A stretch of 64,000 nucleotides of DNA, from NCBI RefSeq assembly GCF_006345805.1, contig NC_043000.1, forward strand, positions 16,430,001 through 16,494,000, in the 5' to 3' direction. The notes under the pieces are model-generated. The model worked only from the letters and a program-made list of their open reading frames with translations, ran no database searches and was not told the DNA's origin. The DNA comes from Octopus sinensis. Its lineage: Eukaryota. Position numbers and translations under genes: made by a program. The first letter of the stretch is position 1. Every line of letters begins with the position of its first letter. Of this stretch, positions 1-11,410 are shown in pieces.

Positions 1-33
<33 letters not shown>

Positions 34-34
34 G

Positions 35-66
<32 letters not shown>
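1..66. repeat. (TA)n/(TATG) microsatellite
   Basis: Direct dinucleotide run. Confidence 0.95.
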
Positions 67-399
67 ACAGTTGAACAAACGGGTTGTTTTTGTTTTTTTT
101 TTAGGTTTGCTCTTTGAATAAAGGCTTCTATTAAACTTGCTTGGCAATGAATGGTGGGAGTTTATCTGGAGCGGGTACAACACTTTAGTAAATAGAGAGC
201 TGAAATGTGAATTGAATTCCTCTTTACTTCTATTAAAAAGAGTTCAATCATTGAAAGGAACGGGGGGAGAGAAGACGAGTGTAAACAACTAAACACATTC
301 GAGTTTTTGACAACTCCCTATTGCGCATGTGTAGCCTTGGCAGCGGTGACTGAGGAAAATTAGCCTAACTTCTTTTGCTTCACCTTAGTTAATTCATTA

Positions 400-796
400 C
401 TAGCAGTATCGCCCGGCGTTGCTCGGACTTGTAAGGGAAATAACTATATAAGCATTTTTAGAGAGTTATAGCCAAAAAATAGCAAAAAAATGCATTAAAA
501 ATGGAAAAAAAAATGATGGTAATTTTTTTTAAGTCGTTGACTCATCGTAGACATTTTTAGAGAGTTACTTCCCTTATATGATAGCGAAAAAATGCATTAA
601 AATGGAAAAAAATGATGGTAATTTTTTTTTTAAATCGTAGACTCATCGTAGACGAGCGCTAATACCCAGAAGGGCTCGATATGAATCACGACTATAAGAT
701 ACCCGGTTTTGGTTAAACTGCACCGCAAAATGTGGGAGTAGTTAGGAATCTAAATCGTAGGAGACAGACACACAACTTCACTTTTATATATAAAGA
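400..796 (-). mobile_element. Non-autonomous Helitron, family H1
   Basis: Minus strand starts TC (TCTTTATATATAAAAG) and ends with a GC-rich hairpin (CCGAGCAACGCCGGGCG) then CTAG; inserted between A and T with no TSD. Confidence 0.9.
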
Positions 797-2479
797 TATT
801 TATTATTAAAATTTGTGCGGACTTATTTTATTTAAGTTTTAGCATGTGTTTAAACGTATTCGTGTATTTGTTGCTGTATAATCACAGACCAATGGTCAAA
901 GGCGTTCCAACCATGGACATCCAATTTTCTTTTCAAAATTGTGTATTTAGAGTCACATTAAGTAATAAATCCGTCCTATTTTGCGAGAGTAAATGTAATT
1001 TGAGGAAGATTTCACTGCTATTTCTAGCAGGTGAAGTTGCGATTTAAGGGTGATTTCACTGTTATTTCTAGCAGAGTGGCTCCTCCATTGGCTTGTGCTT
1101 GGATTTGAATACATTATTTATGGACTCCTAAAAAAACATGAAATAGTGATCTAATCATTGTAATTCTTTTTTAAGTCGGTTCTTTCAACTGATTGTTTAT
1201 TCATTGAAAATAACAGCTATTCGCAGTTAGTAAAATTTAGTATAAAAGTAGATAGCATCTATACACGGCGCTATCTTATCTTTCGTCGAGTAGCCCCTAT
1301 GATTTGTTGCTTGTGTACAATATTGTACATATATTTAGTGTGATTCTCTCATTACTACTGCAGCAGTACGGTAAAGTTTATACTTTCCTAAGAAGCTCTA
1401 ATAATACAGAAACATGCTTGAAGTTGTCTCCCGTACTTATCCCCTCCCTCAGCTCCCTGCATTCTGAGTTCACATTCCACTGAGATCAACTTTGCCTTTC
1501 ATTTCTAGGTCGACAAAGCACCAATTCAAGTTGATTGGCGGAATTGTTTAAAACGGCAGACGAAATGCCTTGCGATATTTTTCCCGATCTTCACGTTCTG
1601 AGATCAAATTCTCCAGCTTACTGAAGTCCTATCAATACCAAAGTCACTGCAAGGTGCTAATATCAACTCTTGTAATGTAAAAAAAATATATATATATATA
1701 CTACTGTAGTGACATGATCAGACTAGACACCCCTCCAGTGTTCCTGAACTCTCATTCTGTTACGCTACCTATGAAACTCCGATGAACTTGGGAAGTTAAT
1801 GTGGTATAAGTTCATAGGAGTTCTATGCGTCCGAAGCATCCGAAAGGATTTACCTTTCGATCTTCTTAGAAAATGTGTGTGTTGACTTGAATACACGACG
1901 GCGTTCTACTTTTATCTTCTTCAGCAAGGCTTTCTTATTTTTCCTATGAATTCTTGGCAGTTCATTTTGGACAGATGTAAAGTTCTTAAATCCATCGTCA
2001 ATGTTGATGTGTGCTGCTACTTCGTTACAGTTAACAGCATCGATGTGATTAAAATTTTACCGTTAGATTTAAACGTCATCGGCCAGGTGTTTTATTTTTG
2101 CAAGTGACTCGTACATGTTTGTCCCACTCTTTATTTATGAGGATACAAAATAGCATTTGCATTCATATAATTCCTATTTCTTCGCCTAGGTATTGGACAA
2201 ATTTGAAAAGTTTAAAATCATATTAATTCTAAACGCCATCCATGAATCATACACATTGTCGGGCTCATTTTCAGACTTTGGTGCCCAGGGATGCTTCAAA
2301 ATATTCTGGGTAAGCACTAATTTGTAATAATGGTGAAATGGAGTTTTGAAATAATTGTATCAGTGTAAATCTGAGAGTACATCATTGAATAGCGAGCGGG
2401 TTGTGCCGTCCAGTGCACCGATAGGCACGCACAGTTTTGATTTGTCTGTTAAAGTGGTGGCCAGTAATAGTCACACGAT

Positions 2480-3050
2480 CACTAACTAAGCTTCTATATT
2501 TACTCAGAGTCAGCTCATCTTACCGATTCCCATCGTGCCTCCAACGCTTCGACAACCTAATCGTTGAGAGACTCGAATGCTTAGTCAATGTTAGACTCTC
2601 TTCAGCGTTCCGCGATCAAGCTGCATTGCCCAAGCGATTTGGAAGTCTTGATCTTCGTAAGTGTTCGTCCATCTCTCTCTCCCCTGCTTCCTTTCCTCCA
2701 CCCATGCCTGCTCCACCCTGGTGAGCAACATCCTCTCCTCTCCAACATGGACCAGTTCCAACAGGGAGTTGGATGAAGCTCTCCAACACTGGAGGGAATT
2801 GGGCTTGTCTGTTCCTGAGAAGGTGGAGAACTGTCGGAGTCAGAGAGCTTGGGACAACATAATTTCGAAGGCCACCTTCGACTCCCTCTTCATCCAGTCG
2901 GATCCAATTTACAAGGTGCCAAATACACAGATGACTGGATTGATGCCATCCCTGTGGATAATGTTGGTGGCCTACTCAGCTTGGATGACATAGATCTGTT
3001 TTAAAATATTTGGAGCCATAGCAAAGTTGCCATTCGTATGTAGAGTGTCA
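2480..3050 (+). pseudogene. Decayed CRE-like non-LTR retrotransposon RT thumb / post-RT region
   Basis: Frameshifted pieces LTKLLYLLRVS..QAALPKRFGSLDLRK / FLSSTHACSTLV / SQRAWDNIISKATFDSL / DWIDAIPVDNVGG match my recollection of the CRE-clade pattern (KLLYLLR..QASLP..GGLG..; QRAWD; DWL.A.P). Confidence 0.6.
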
Positions 3051-3059
3051 GCACCTGCA

Positions 3060-3318
3060 AGGAGTGGCTGTAGCTTCTACCATACCGTAGGTTCTCATTT
3101 CTGTGGCCTTGGGATTATCCTCCTGACGGATCTTGTTATACAAAGTCCTAACTACAACATCTTGTCTCATCGGTAGATAATAACCGTGATGACATTTTCG
3201 GACAACTGCTTATGATGTGGGTGATATCTTCGGTGTTAACTCCACAAAGCCTGCATCGGTTATCACATTTTGCTGCTTTTCCCGCGTTTCTGTCCCATTT
3301 GTGCACCAGATATTTGGT
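3060..3318 (-). pseudogene. R4/Dong- or NeSL-type (RLE) non-LTR retrotransposon fragment, CCHC knuckle
   Basis: CRLCGVNTEDITHIISSC, then after a frameshift RYYLPMRQDVV: the CX2C-X8-H-X4-C knuckle plus the RH(D) motif of RLE-encoding LINEs. Confidence 0.75.
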
Positions 3319-3790
3319 ATGTATGTATGTATGTATGTATGTATGTATGTATGTATGTATGTATGTATGTATGTATGTGTGTATGTATGTATGTATGTAT
3401 GTATGTGTGTATGTATGTGTGTATGTATGTGTGTATGTATGTGTGTATGTATGTGTGTATGTGTGTATGTATATGTGTGTATGTATGTATGTATGTGTGT
3501 GTATGTATGTATGTGTGTATGTATCTATGTATGAATGTATGTTTGTATGTATGCATGCATGCATGTATGGACGTATGTATGTATGTGTATGTATGTGTGT
3601 ATGTATGTATGTGTGTATGATGTATGTATGTACGTATGTACGTATGTATGTATGTATGTGTGTGTGTATGTATGTATGTATGTGTGCGCGCATGTATTTA
3701 TGGATGTATATGTGTGCATGCATGTATGCGTCTGCGTACGTGTACAGAGACAAGCATGTGTGAGTATGTATGCGTCTGTATGAGTGTGTG
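3317..3790. repeat. Compound (TATG)n/(TG)n microsatellite
   Basis: Direct. Confidence 0.95.
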
Positions 3791-4069
3791 TTGCTATTCT
3801 AGTTTATTAATACCAGGTCACGAATCTTGTCCTGTACTAAAATTATGTTGGTACTTTTGTAGTCTTGTTACATTCTAAAGTAGAAATACTACTACTACGT
3901 TTTCCCGGTCGTGTGAATAGAAAACAAAATACCATTTTCTGTATTCTTTTTATTAGTTGTGTTTTTTTTTATAAATCTACATTTAAAATCATCACTGTTA
4001 TTATATAACTTGCGTATCCGTGTACTTTTGATTATAATTAGCACTGTAGTAAATGTGATATACTGAGCC

Positions 4070-4486
4070 GGCGATCTTTCGTCTCTAGTAGACCTTTCCG
4101 TCGATTTCCGTAAAAAATTTTTTTTTTTACATATGGGCTTGCGGGAACTTTTGAAGTAATATACATACATATACACATACACCGAGTAAAAAATTTCAGT
4201 TATCTCTTTCTTTCACACATTACTCTGTCTCTTCACACACACTAACAGAAGCACTTCACTTACACAACATACTTTCTGTCTCCCACACGCCATCAAACAC
4301 ACACACACACACATGTACATCAATGCTTCACATGCACGGTAACTTCAAAAGAATTTCCCTCGTCATACAATCGCTTTCTCTTAGTCTCTTTGCTCTCCTT
4401 CAAAAGTTCCCGCAAGCCCATATGTAAAAAAAAAATTTTTTTTTACGGAAATCGACGGAAAGGTCTACTAGAGACGAAAGATTGCC
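4070..4486. mobile_element. MITE with ~85-bp TIRs, GG termini and 8-bp TSD (Merlin-like)
   Basis: TIR GGC(G/A)ATCTTTCGTCTCTAGTAGACCTTTCCGTCG... at both ends; TSD ACTGAGCC at 4062-4069 and 4487-4494. Confidence 0.88.
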
Positions 4487-4698
4487 ACTGAGCCGTTAGA
4501 TTCCTATGCGCAACTGTTTCCGGGTTATCATGTGGTTTACGATCATAAAAAAGTGAGAGTAAACTATCATTAAACTTGAAAGTAAATTGCGATAAAAACC
4601 GGAAATGATGGCAGTAACATCCCAAAATTTCATTTAAAAAAAACATAAAGGACCCCTTCATTATTCCACGTCTACAGGCACCTACTTGTATAGTACCT

Positions 4699-5112
4699 AT
4701 TTCTTTACTACCCACAAGGGGCTAAACACAGAGGGGACAAACAAGGATAGACAAACGGATTAAGTCGATTATATCGACCCAATACGTAACTGGTACTTAA
4801 TTTATCGACCCCGAAAGGATGAAAGGCAAAGTCGACCTTGGCAGAATTTGAACTCAGAACGTAGCGGCAGACGAAATACCTATTTCTTTATTACCCACAA
4901 GGGGCTAAACACAGAGAGGACAAACAAGGACAGACAAAGGGATTAAGTCGATCATATCGACCCCAGTGCGTAACTGGTACTTATTTAATCGACCCCGAAA
5001 GATGAAAGGCAAAGTCGACCTTGGCGGAATTTGAACTCAGAACGTAGCGGCAGACGAAATACCGATAAGCATTTCGCCCGGCGTGCTAACGTTTCTGCCA
5101 GCTCGTCGCCTT
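4699..5112 (-). mobile_element. tRNA-derived SINE family A, dimeric copy
   Basis: Pol III A-box (TGGCAGAAACGTTAG) and B-box (GAGTTCAAATTCC); duplicated 3' body; 17-bp TSD CTACTTGTATAGTACCT at 4682-4698 and 5113-5129. Confidence 0.9.
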
Positions 5113-5161
5113 CTACTTGTATAGTACCTTCAAGTGATATGTTAAGTATTTCAGAAATAGT

Positions 5162-5540
5162 GGGATGGAAGCACTCCGTCGGTTACGACGACGAGGGTTC
5201 CGGTTGATCCGATCAACGGAACAGCCTGCTCGTGAAATTAACGTGTAAGTGGCTGAGCACTCCACAGACACGTGTACCCTTAACGTAGTTCTCGGGGATA
5301 TTCAGCGTGACACAGAGAGTGTCCTTTGAAATACAAGGTACAACAGAAACAGGAAGTAAAAGTGAGAGAAAGTTGTGGTGAAAGAGTACAGCAGGGATCA
5401 CCACTATCCCCTGCCGGAGCCTCGTGGAGCTTTAGGTGTTTTCACTCAATAAACACTCACAACGCCCGGTCTGGGAATCGAAACCGCGATCCTATGACCG
5501 CGAGTCCGCTGCCCTAACCACTGGGCCATTGCGCCTCCAC
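5162..5540 (-). mobile_element. tRNA-derived SINE family B
   Basis: Head GTGGAGGCGCAATGGCCCAGTGGTTAGGGC with B-box GTTTCGATTCC; 13-bp TSD TTTCAGAAATAGT at 5149-5161 and 5541-5553. Confidence 0.9.
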
Positions 5541-5566
5541 TTTCAGAAATAGTATCTGAGGTATAA

Positions 5567-5870
5567 AGGCGCATGGCTCAGTGTTTAGAGTGTTGAGATC
5601 ACAATCATGAGGTAGTGTGTTCGATTCCCGGACCGGGCTGTGCATTATGCTCTTGAGAAAGACATTTATTTCATGTTGCTCCTGTTCACTCACTCTGCCG
5701 TACGTCACTGGTGCCAGGCTGTATCAGCCTTTGCCTTGAATAACATCTGTGGCGTGGGGAGGGAAAGGCTGGTATGCATGGGCGAATACTGGTCCTTCAT
5801 AAGTAACCTTGCCTGGGCTTATGCCTCAGAAGGAAACTTTCTAGGTGCAATTCCATGGTCATTCATGAGA
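5567..5870 (+). mobile_element. tRNA-derived SINE family D (duplicate at 7392-7695)
   Basis: GGCGCATGGCTCAGTG..GTTCGATTCC head; homologous to the copy at 13540-13848. Confidence 0.75.
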
Positions 5871-5913
5871 GAAGGGGAACTTTATCCTTTACCTGAACTA
5901 CATTGTTTCGCTG

Positions 5914-6339
5914 GGATCTTTTCGGTTTGAACGGCAGTTTTTACCAGCGGTGTCATATGAAATCGTCACCCATAATTATGACCCTAGTATCGATCTATTG
6001 CATTTCAATCTGTTTTAGGGTTAGAGTTAGTTAGGGTTAAAGGTGGGGGAAGGGTATCTTTTTTTCTTCAGAAATGTAAATAAACCCAATCTGTTTCTTA
6101 AACGAGGGGCATATTCATACGGCACAGAATGGTTTCACCTCAAAAATACGTCAATGATTGGTTGAAATTGCAGAAATTGAAGAAAAACAACAACAAATAT
6201 CTTACAAACTATAGAATTTTCTCAATAAAGCCAAGAGAAAAAGATGTTTTATAAACACATTCTACCAGTATACGAAGTTTAAAAGTGTTTAGTTACGTGG
6301 AAATTATGTTAAAAACTGCCGTTCAAACCGAAAAGATCC
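5914..6339. mobile_element. MITE family M1 (GGATCTTTTCGGTTTGA TIR) with TTAGGG-like tract
   Basis: ~30-bp TIRs; same family as 18781, 36328 and 49116; TSD degenerate here. Duplicate at 7739-8164. Confidence 0.88.
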
Positions 6340-6976
6340 CTGCTTCTGATTTAAAATCGTTATTATGGAATTGTAACCAATACTCTAGAGGGTTACAGAT
6401 TTATACGGGTCTAGAAACATAATTTATGTTGGTCGAAAACAAAATGACCGAAAGATATATTCGTACAAAAACAAATTGGTCGAATGATAAACTTATCAAA
6501 AACATATTAGCCGAAGAAAAGGCAGAATATCCACCGAGATTTTTAATAATATTTTTAAGGAAACAAGTAAAAAATATGAAAAAATTATGCAGTGATTTAT
6601 TGATATATGGATCAACTGTCAACATAACAAACAGGAAATGTATGCAAGTGAAAATTTTAAAAGGCTTTTAGAATAAAGCAGGTGTGCAAATAAATGGTGG
6701 GAATGCCTCTTCGACCAACAAGTATTTGCTCACTGAAGAAATAACTCTGAAAATGAAATAATGTCTCATGTGAATAAAATAGGCTGCCAGTGATAGGCGT
6801 ACTCTTCAGTAGAAAGCGCGAAAAGTGGATAATTATCTGTTGCAGGAATATTCACAGAGTCCCTACTCCCTGACAAGAAACAACCTGAATCACTGTGTTC
6901 AGACGTTAAAATAACTAAACACCAAAACAGGATTTGTCAGCCATTCAAGTCTCTAATAAATATATATTAAGAAAAT

Positions 6977-7365
6977 GGTGATGGAAGCACTCCGTCGGTT
7001 ACGACGACGAGGGTTCCGGTTGATCCGAATCAACGGAACAGCCTGCTCGTGAAATTAACGTGTAAGTGGCTGAGCACTCCACAGACACGTGTACCCTTAA
7101 CATAGTTCTCGGGGATATTCAGCGTGACACAGAGAGTGACAAGGTCGGCCCTTTGAAATACAGGTACGACAGAAACAGGAAGTAAGAGTGAGAGAAAGTT
7201 GTGGTGAAGAGTACAGCAGGGATCACCACTATCCCCTGCCGGAGCCTCGTGGAGCTTTAGGTGTTTTCACTCAATAAACACTCACAACGCCCGGTCTGGG
7301 AATCGAAACCGCGATCCTATGACCGCGAGTCCGCTGCCCTAACCACTGGGCCATTGCGCCTCCAC
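6977..7365 (-). mobile_element. Chimeric family-B SINE at the duplication junction
   Basis: Left flank and left half match the 8821 copy; right half and right flank match the 5162 copy. Confidence 0.85.
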
Positions 7366-8820
7366 TTTCAGAAATAGTATCTGAGGTATAAAGGCGCATG
7401 GCTCAGTGTTTAGAGTGTTGAGATCACAATCATGAGGTAGTGAGTTCGATTCCCGGACCGGGCTGTGCATTATGCTCTTGAGAAAGACATTTATTTCATG
7501 TTGCTCCTGTTCACTCACTCTGCCCTACGTCACTGGTGCCAGGCTGTATCAGCCTTTGCCTTGAATAACATCTGTGGCGTGGGGAGGGAAAGGCTGGTAT
7601 GCATGGGCGAATACTGGTCCTTCATAAGTAACCTTGCCTGGGCTTATGCCTCAGAAGGAAACTTTCTAGGTGCAATTCCATGGTCATTCATGAGAGAAGG
7701 GGAACTTTATCCTTTATCTGAACTACATTGTTTCGCTGGGATCTTTTCGGTTTGAACGGCAGTTTTTACCAGCGGTGTCATATGAAATCGTCACCCATAA
7801 TTATGACCCTAGTATCGATCTATTGCATTTCAATCTGTTTTAGGGTTAGAGTTAGTTAGGGTTAAAGGTGGGGGAAGGGTATCTTTTTTTCTTCAGAAAT
7901 GTAAATAAACCCAATCTGTTTCTTAAACGAGGGGCATATTCATACGGCACAGAATGGTTTCACCTCAAAAATACGTCAATGATTGGTTGAAATTGCAGAA
8001 ATTGAAGAAAAACAACAACAAATATCTTACAAACTATAGAATTTTCTCAATAAAGCCAAGAGAAAAAGATGTTTTATAAACACATTCTACCAGTATACGA
8101 AGTTTAAAAGTGTTTAGTTACGTGGAAATTATGTTAAAAACTGCCGTTCAAACCGAAAAGATCCCTGCTTCTGATTTAAAATCGTTATTATGGAATTGTA
8201 ACCAATACTCTAGAGGGTTACAGATTTATACGGGTCTAGAAACATAATTTATGTTGGTCGAAAACAAAATGACCGAAAGATATATTCGTACAAAAACAAA
8301 TTGGTCGAATGATAAACTTATCAAAAACATATTAGCCGAAGAAAAGGCAGAATATCCACCGAGATTTTTAATAATATTTTTAAGGAAACAAGTAAAAAAT
8401 ATGAAAAAATTATGCAGTGATTTATTGATATATGGATCAACTGTCAACATAACAAACAGGAAATGTATGCAAGTGAAAATTTTAAAAGGCTTTTAGAATA
8501 AAGCAGGTGTGCAAATAAATGGTGGGAATGCCTCTTCGACCAACAAGTATTTGCTCACTGAAGAAATAACTCTGAAAATGAAATAATGTCTCATGTGAAT
8601 AAAATAGGCTGCCATGTGAATAATATGGCTGCCAGTGATAGGCGTACCTTCAGTAGAAAGCGCGAAAAGTGGATAATTATCTGTTGCAGGAATATTCACA
8701 GAGTCCCTACTCCCTGACAAGAAACAACCTGAATCACTGTGTTCAGACGTTAAAATAACTAAACACCAAAACAGGATTTGTCAGCCATTCAAGTCTCTAA
8801 TAAATATATATTAAGAAAAT

Positions 8821-9192
8821 GGTGATGGAAGCACTCCGTCGGTTACGACGACGAGGGTTCCGGTTGATCCGAATCAACGGAACAGCTGCTCGTGAAATTA
8901 ACGTGTAAGTGGCTGAGCACTCCACAGACACGTGTACCCTTAACATAGTTCTCGGGGATATTCAGCGTGACACAGAGAGTGACAAGGTCGGCCCTTTGAA
9001 ATACAGGTACGACAGAAACAGGAAGTAAGAGTGAGAGAAAGTTGTGGTGAAAGAGTACAGCAGGCGGAGCCTCGTAGAGCTTTAGGTGTTTTCGCTCAAT
9101 AAACACTCACAACGCCCGGTCTGGGAATCGAAACCGCGATCCTACGACCGCGAGTCCACTGCCCTAACCACTGGGCCATTGCGCCTCCACCC
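8821..9192 (-). mobile_element. SINE family B
   Basis: Same consensus; TSD TAAGAAAAT at 8812-8820 and 9193-9201. Confidence 0.88.
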
Positions 9193-9557
9193 TAAGAAAA
9201 TACAAGAGGCTCAGCGGATACTTAACTCACTGGAATCCTAGTTGATGTAAACAACCATTTTCGGATTTACATATTGGAATGTCATTAATGATTTTGTCTT
9301 TGGTGGTTTTTCATTGACAGATTATCGGGTGTATATAGATGGTCTGCCTGGTAACTAAAGACAATCATTATCATTGCTGACACACAAAAACTGATTCACT
9401 TGGTAAAAATATCTGTTCTGTCAGTCGTGTTGACAGCAGCACCTTTTGTTAACGGTAAAAGAAATATTTTTGTAATCGGCCATCACACAGATCTTCGTTT
9501 TTTCTCATGTCAACCGACGAAATATCCCTTCGTTACGCATCGATTGGTCAGAAATAT

Positions 9558-9788
9558 ATTTCTTTATTGCCCACAAGGGGCTAATCATAGAGAGGACAAA
9601 CAAGGACAGACAAACGGATTAAGTCGATTACATCGAACCCAGTGCGAAACTGGTACTTTTATTTATCGACCCTGAAAGGATGAAAGGCAAAGTCGACCTC
9701 GGCGGAATTTGAACTCAGAACGTAACGACAGACGAAATACCGCTAAGCATTCCGCCCGGCGCGCTAACGTGTCTGCCAGCTCGCCGCC
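9558..9788 (-). mobile_element. SINE family A
   Basis: Full head and body. Confidence 0.88.
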
Positions 9789-10204
9789 TTCGTTGCGTAA
9801 AGAAGCTGTATGGCAGGGCATGGTGAGCGGTTTTTTTTAGTTTTTTTAGTTGTGTGTGTGGAGAGAGAGAGAGGGAGTAGTTTCACAAGTTACGGGTTTT
9901 TTGGTGGGTTTCTTTCAAGGAAGTATCACGTTTGAAATTTACAGCTTTAAACTCACAATCTCATTTATTAACCTACAGTCACTTCTCAATGTTTTGCGTT
10001 TGAATAACATATACAAGGAAGGTAAAATGGGTGTTTATGAAAAATCTGCACCCACTCAGATTATTGGCCTTAATTTCATGGTTTTGTTTATAATTACAAC
10101 GATTTTTAAAAACAGGAACGTCTGATTTACAGGCACCGATTTCAAAAGCAACAAAAATATAACTCAATATTTATTAATGAAAACACTCACAATTAAGTAT
10201 AAAA

Positions 10205-10596
10205 GTGATTTCAAATTTTGGCACAAGGCCAGCAATTCTGGGTAAGAGTGTAAGACGATTACATCGACTTCAGTGTTCAACTGGTACTTATTTTATCGAC
10301 TGTGAAAGCATGCCCATTGCTAAGAGGGTACACTGGACGGCAGTGCCCTTTCACTATTCAACGGTGCACATTTAGATTTAGAAAATAGCTTACAAAATTC
10401 TTTCTACAATACAAATTAGAGTCCACCCAAAATATTCTGAACCACCTCCGGGCACCAAAGTTTGGTGACGGGCCTGCCCAAGAAGATGAAAGGCAAAGTC
10501 AACCTTGGCGGAATTTGAACTCAGAACGTAAAGACGGACGAAATGCCGCTAAGCATTTCGCCCAGCGTGCTAACAATTCTGCCAGCTCGCTGCCTT
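10205..10596 (-). mobile_element. SINE family A, interrupted
   Basis: Head at 10480-10596; 3' part at 10205-10305. Confidence 0.7.
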
Positions 10597-10598
10597 AA

Positions 10599-10993
10599 TC
10601 TTTATATATAAAAGTAAGGTTGTGTGCTGTCTGTCTCCTACGATTTAGATTCCTAACTACTCCCACATTCTGCGGTGCAGTTTAACCAAAACCGGGTATC
10701 TTATAGTCGTGATTCATATCGAGCCCTTCTGGGTATTAGCGCGCGTCTACGATGAGTCTACGATTAAAAAAAAAATTACCATCAATTTTCCCCATTTTTA
10801 ATGCATTTTTGGCATATATAAGGGAAGTAACTCTCTAAAAATTTATTATTAAATCTCAGAACGTAAAAAGCTACAGTAACCCCCATCCTTTGTGGTTAGC
10901 CATATTGAGATGGCTATTATACTTTACATCTCTAAAAATGCTTATATAGTTATTTCCCTTACAAACCCGAGCAACGCCGGGCGATAGTGCTAG
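10599..10993 (+). mobile_element. Non-autonomous Helitron H1
   Basis: A|TCTTTATATATAAAAG ... CCCGAGCAACGCCGGGCGATAGTGCTAG|T. Confidence 0.92.
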
Positions 10994-11022
10994 TTAAGTA
11001 TAAAATTAACACACATTTTATA

Positions 11023-11410
11023 GGCGCAGGCGTGGCTGTGTGGTAAGAAGCTTGCTTCCCAACCACTTGGTTCCAGGTTCAGTTCCACTACGTGGAAACT
11101 TGAGCACGTGTCTTCTACTATAGCCTCGAGCTGACCAAAGCCTTGTGAGTGGATTTGGTAGACGGAAACTGAAAGAAGCCCGTCATATATATATATGTGT
11201 GTGTGTGTGTGTACGTGTCTTTATCATCCCACCATCGCTGGACAACCAATGTTAGTGTGTTTACGTCCCCGTAACTTAGCAGTTCGGCAAAACAGACCGG
11301 TAGAATAAGTACTAGGCTTACAAAGAATAATACCTGGGGTCGATTCGTTCGACTAAAGGTGGTGTTCCAGCATGGCTGCAGTCAAATGACTGAAACAAGT
11401 AAAAGAGTAT
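11023..11410 (+). mobile_element. tRNA-derived SINE family C (CORE-like central segment)
   Basis: GGCGCAGGCGTGGCTGTGTGGTAAG head; CORE-like CTTG(G)GCAAGTGTCTTCT segment; ends ACAAGTAAAAGAG. Confidence 0.82.

Larger units (their letters stand above)
5162..9192. repeat. ~1.8-kb direct tandem duplication bounded by family-B SINEs
   Basis: 5541-6976 is repeated at 7366-8820 (offset 1825), with few substitutions and one ~20-bp indel. Confidence 0.95.

Noticed and set aside
1800-2400. Possible decayed minus-strand coding sequence
   Set aside because: Short open stretches with several stops and no recognisable family.
3148-3783. Long HTYI/MYVC-type ORFs (also 15120-15508, 39966-40737, 63273-63627)
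   Set aside because: Translations of stop-free microsatellites; only the RLE fragment at 3148-3318 is real coding remnant.
5162-5540. tRNA genes in SINE heads throughout the window
   Set aside because: A and B boxes are present, but there is no complete cloverleaf and each continues into a SINE body with TSDs.
6401-6671. ORFs 6426-6671 and 8251-8496 seen twice
   Set aside because: Recurrence is due to the tandem duplication; no recognisable domain.
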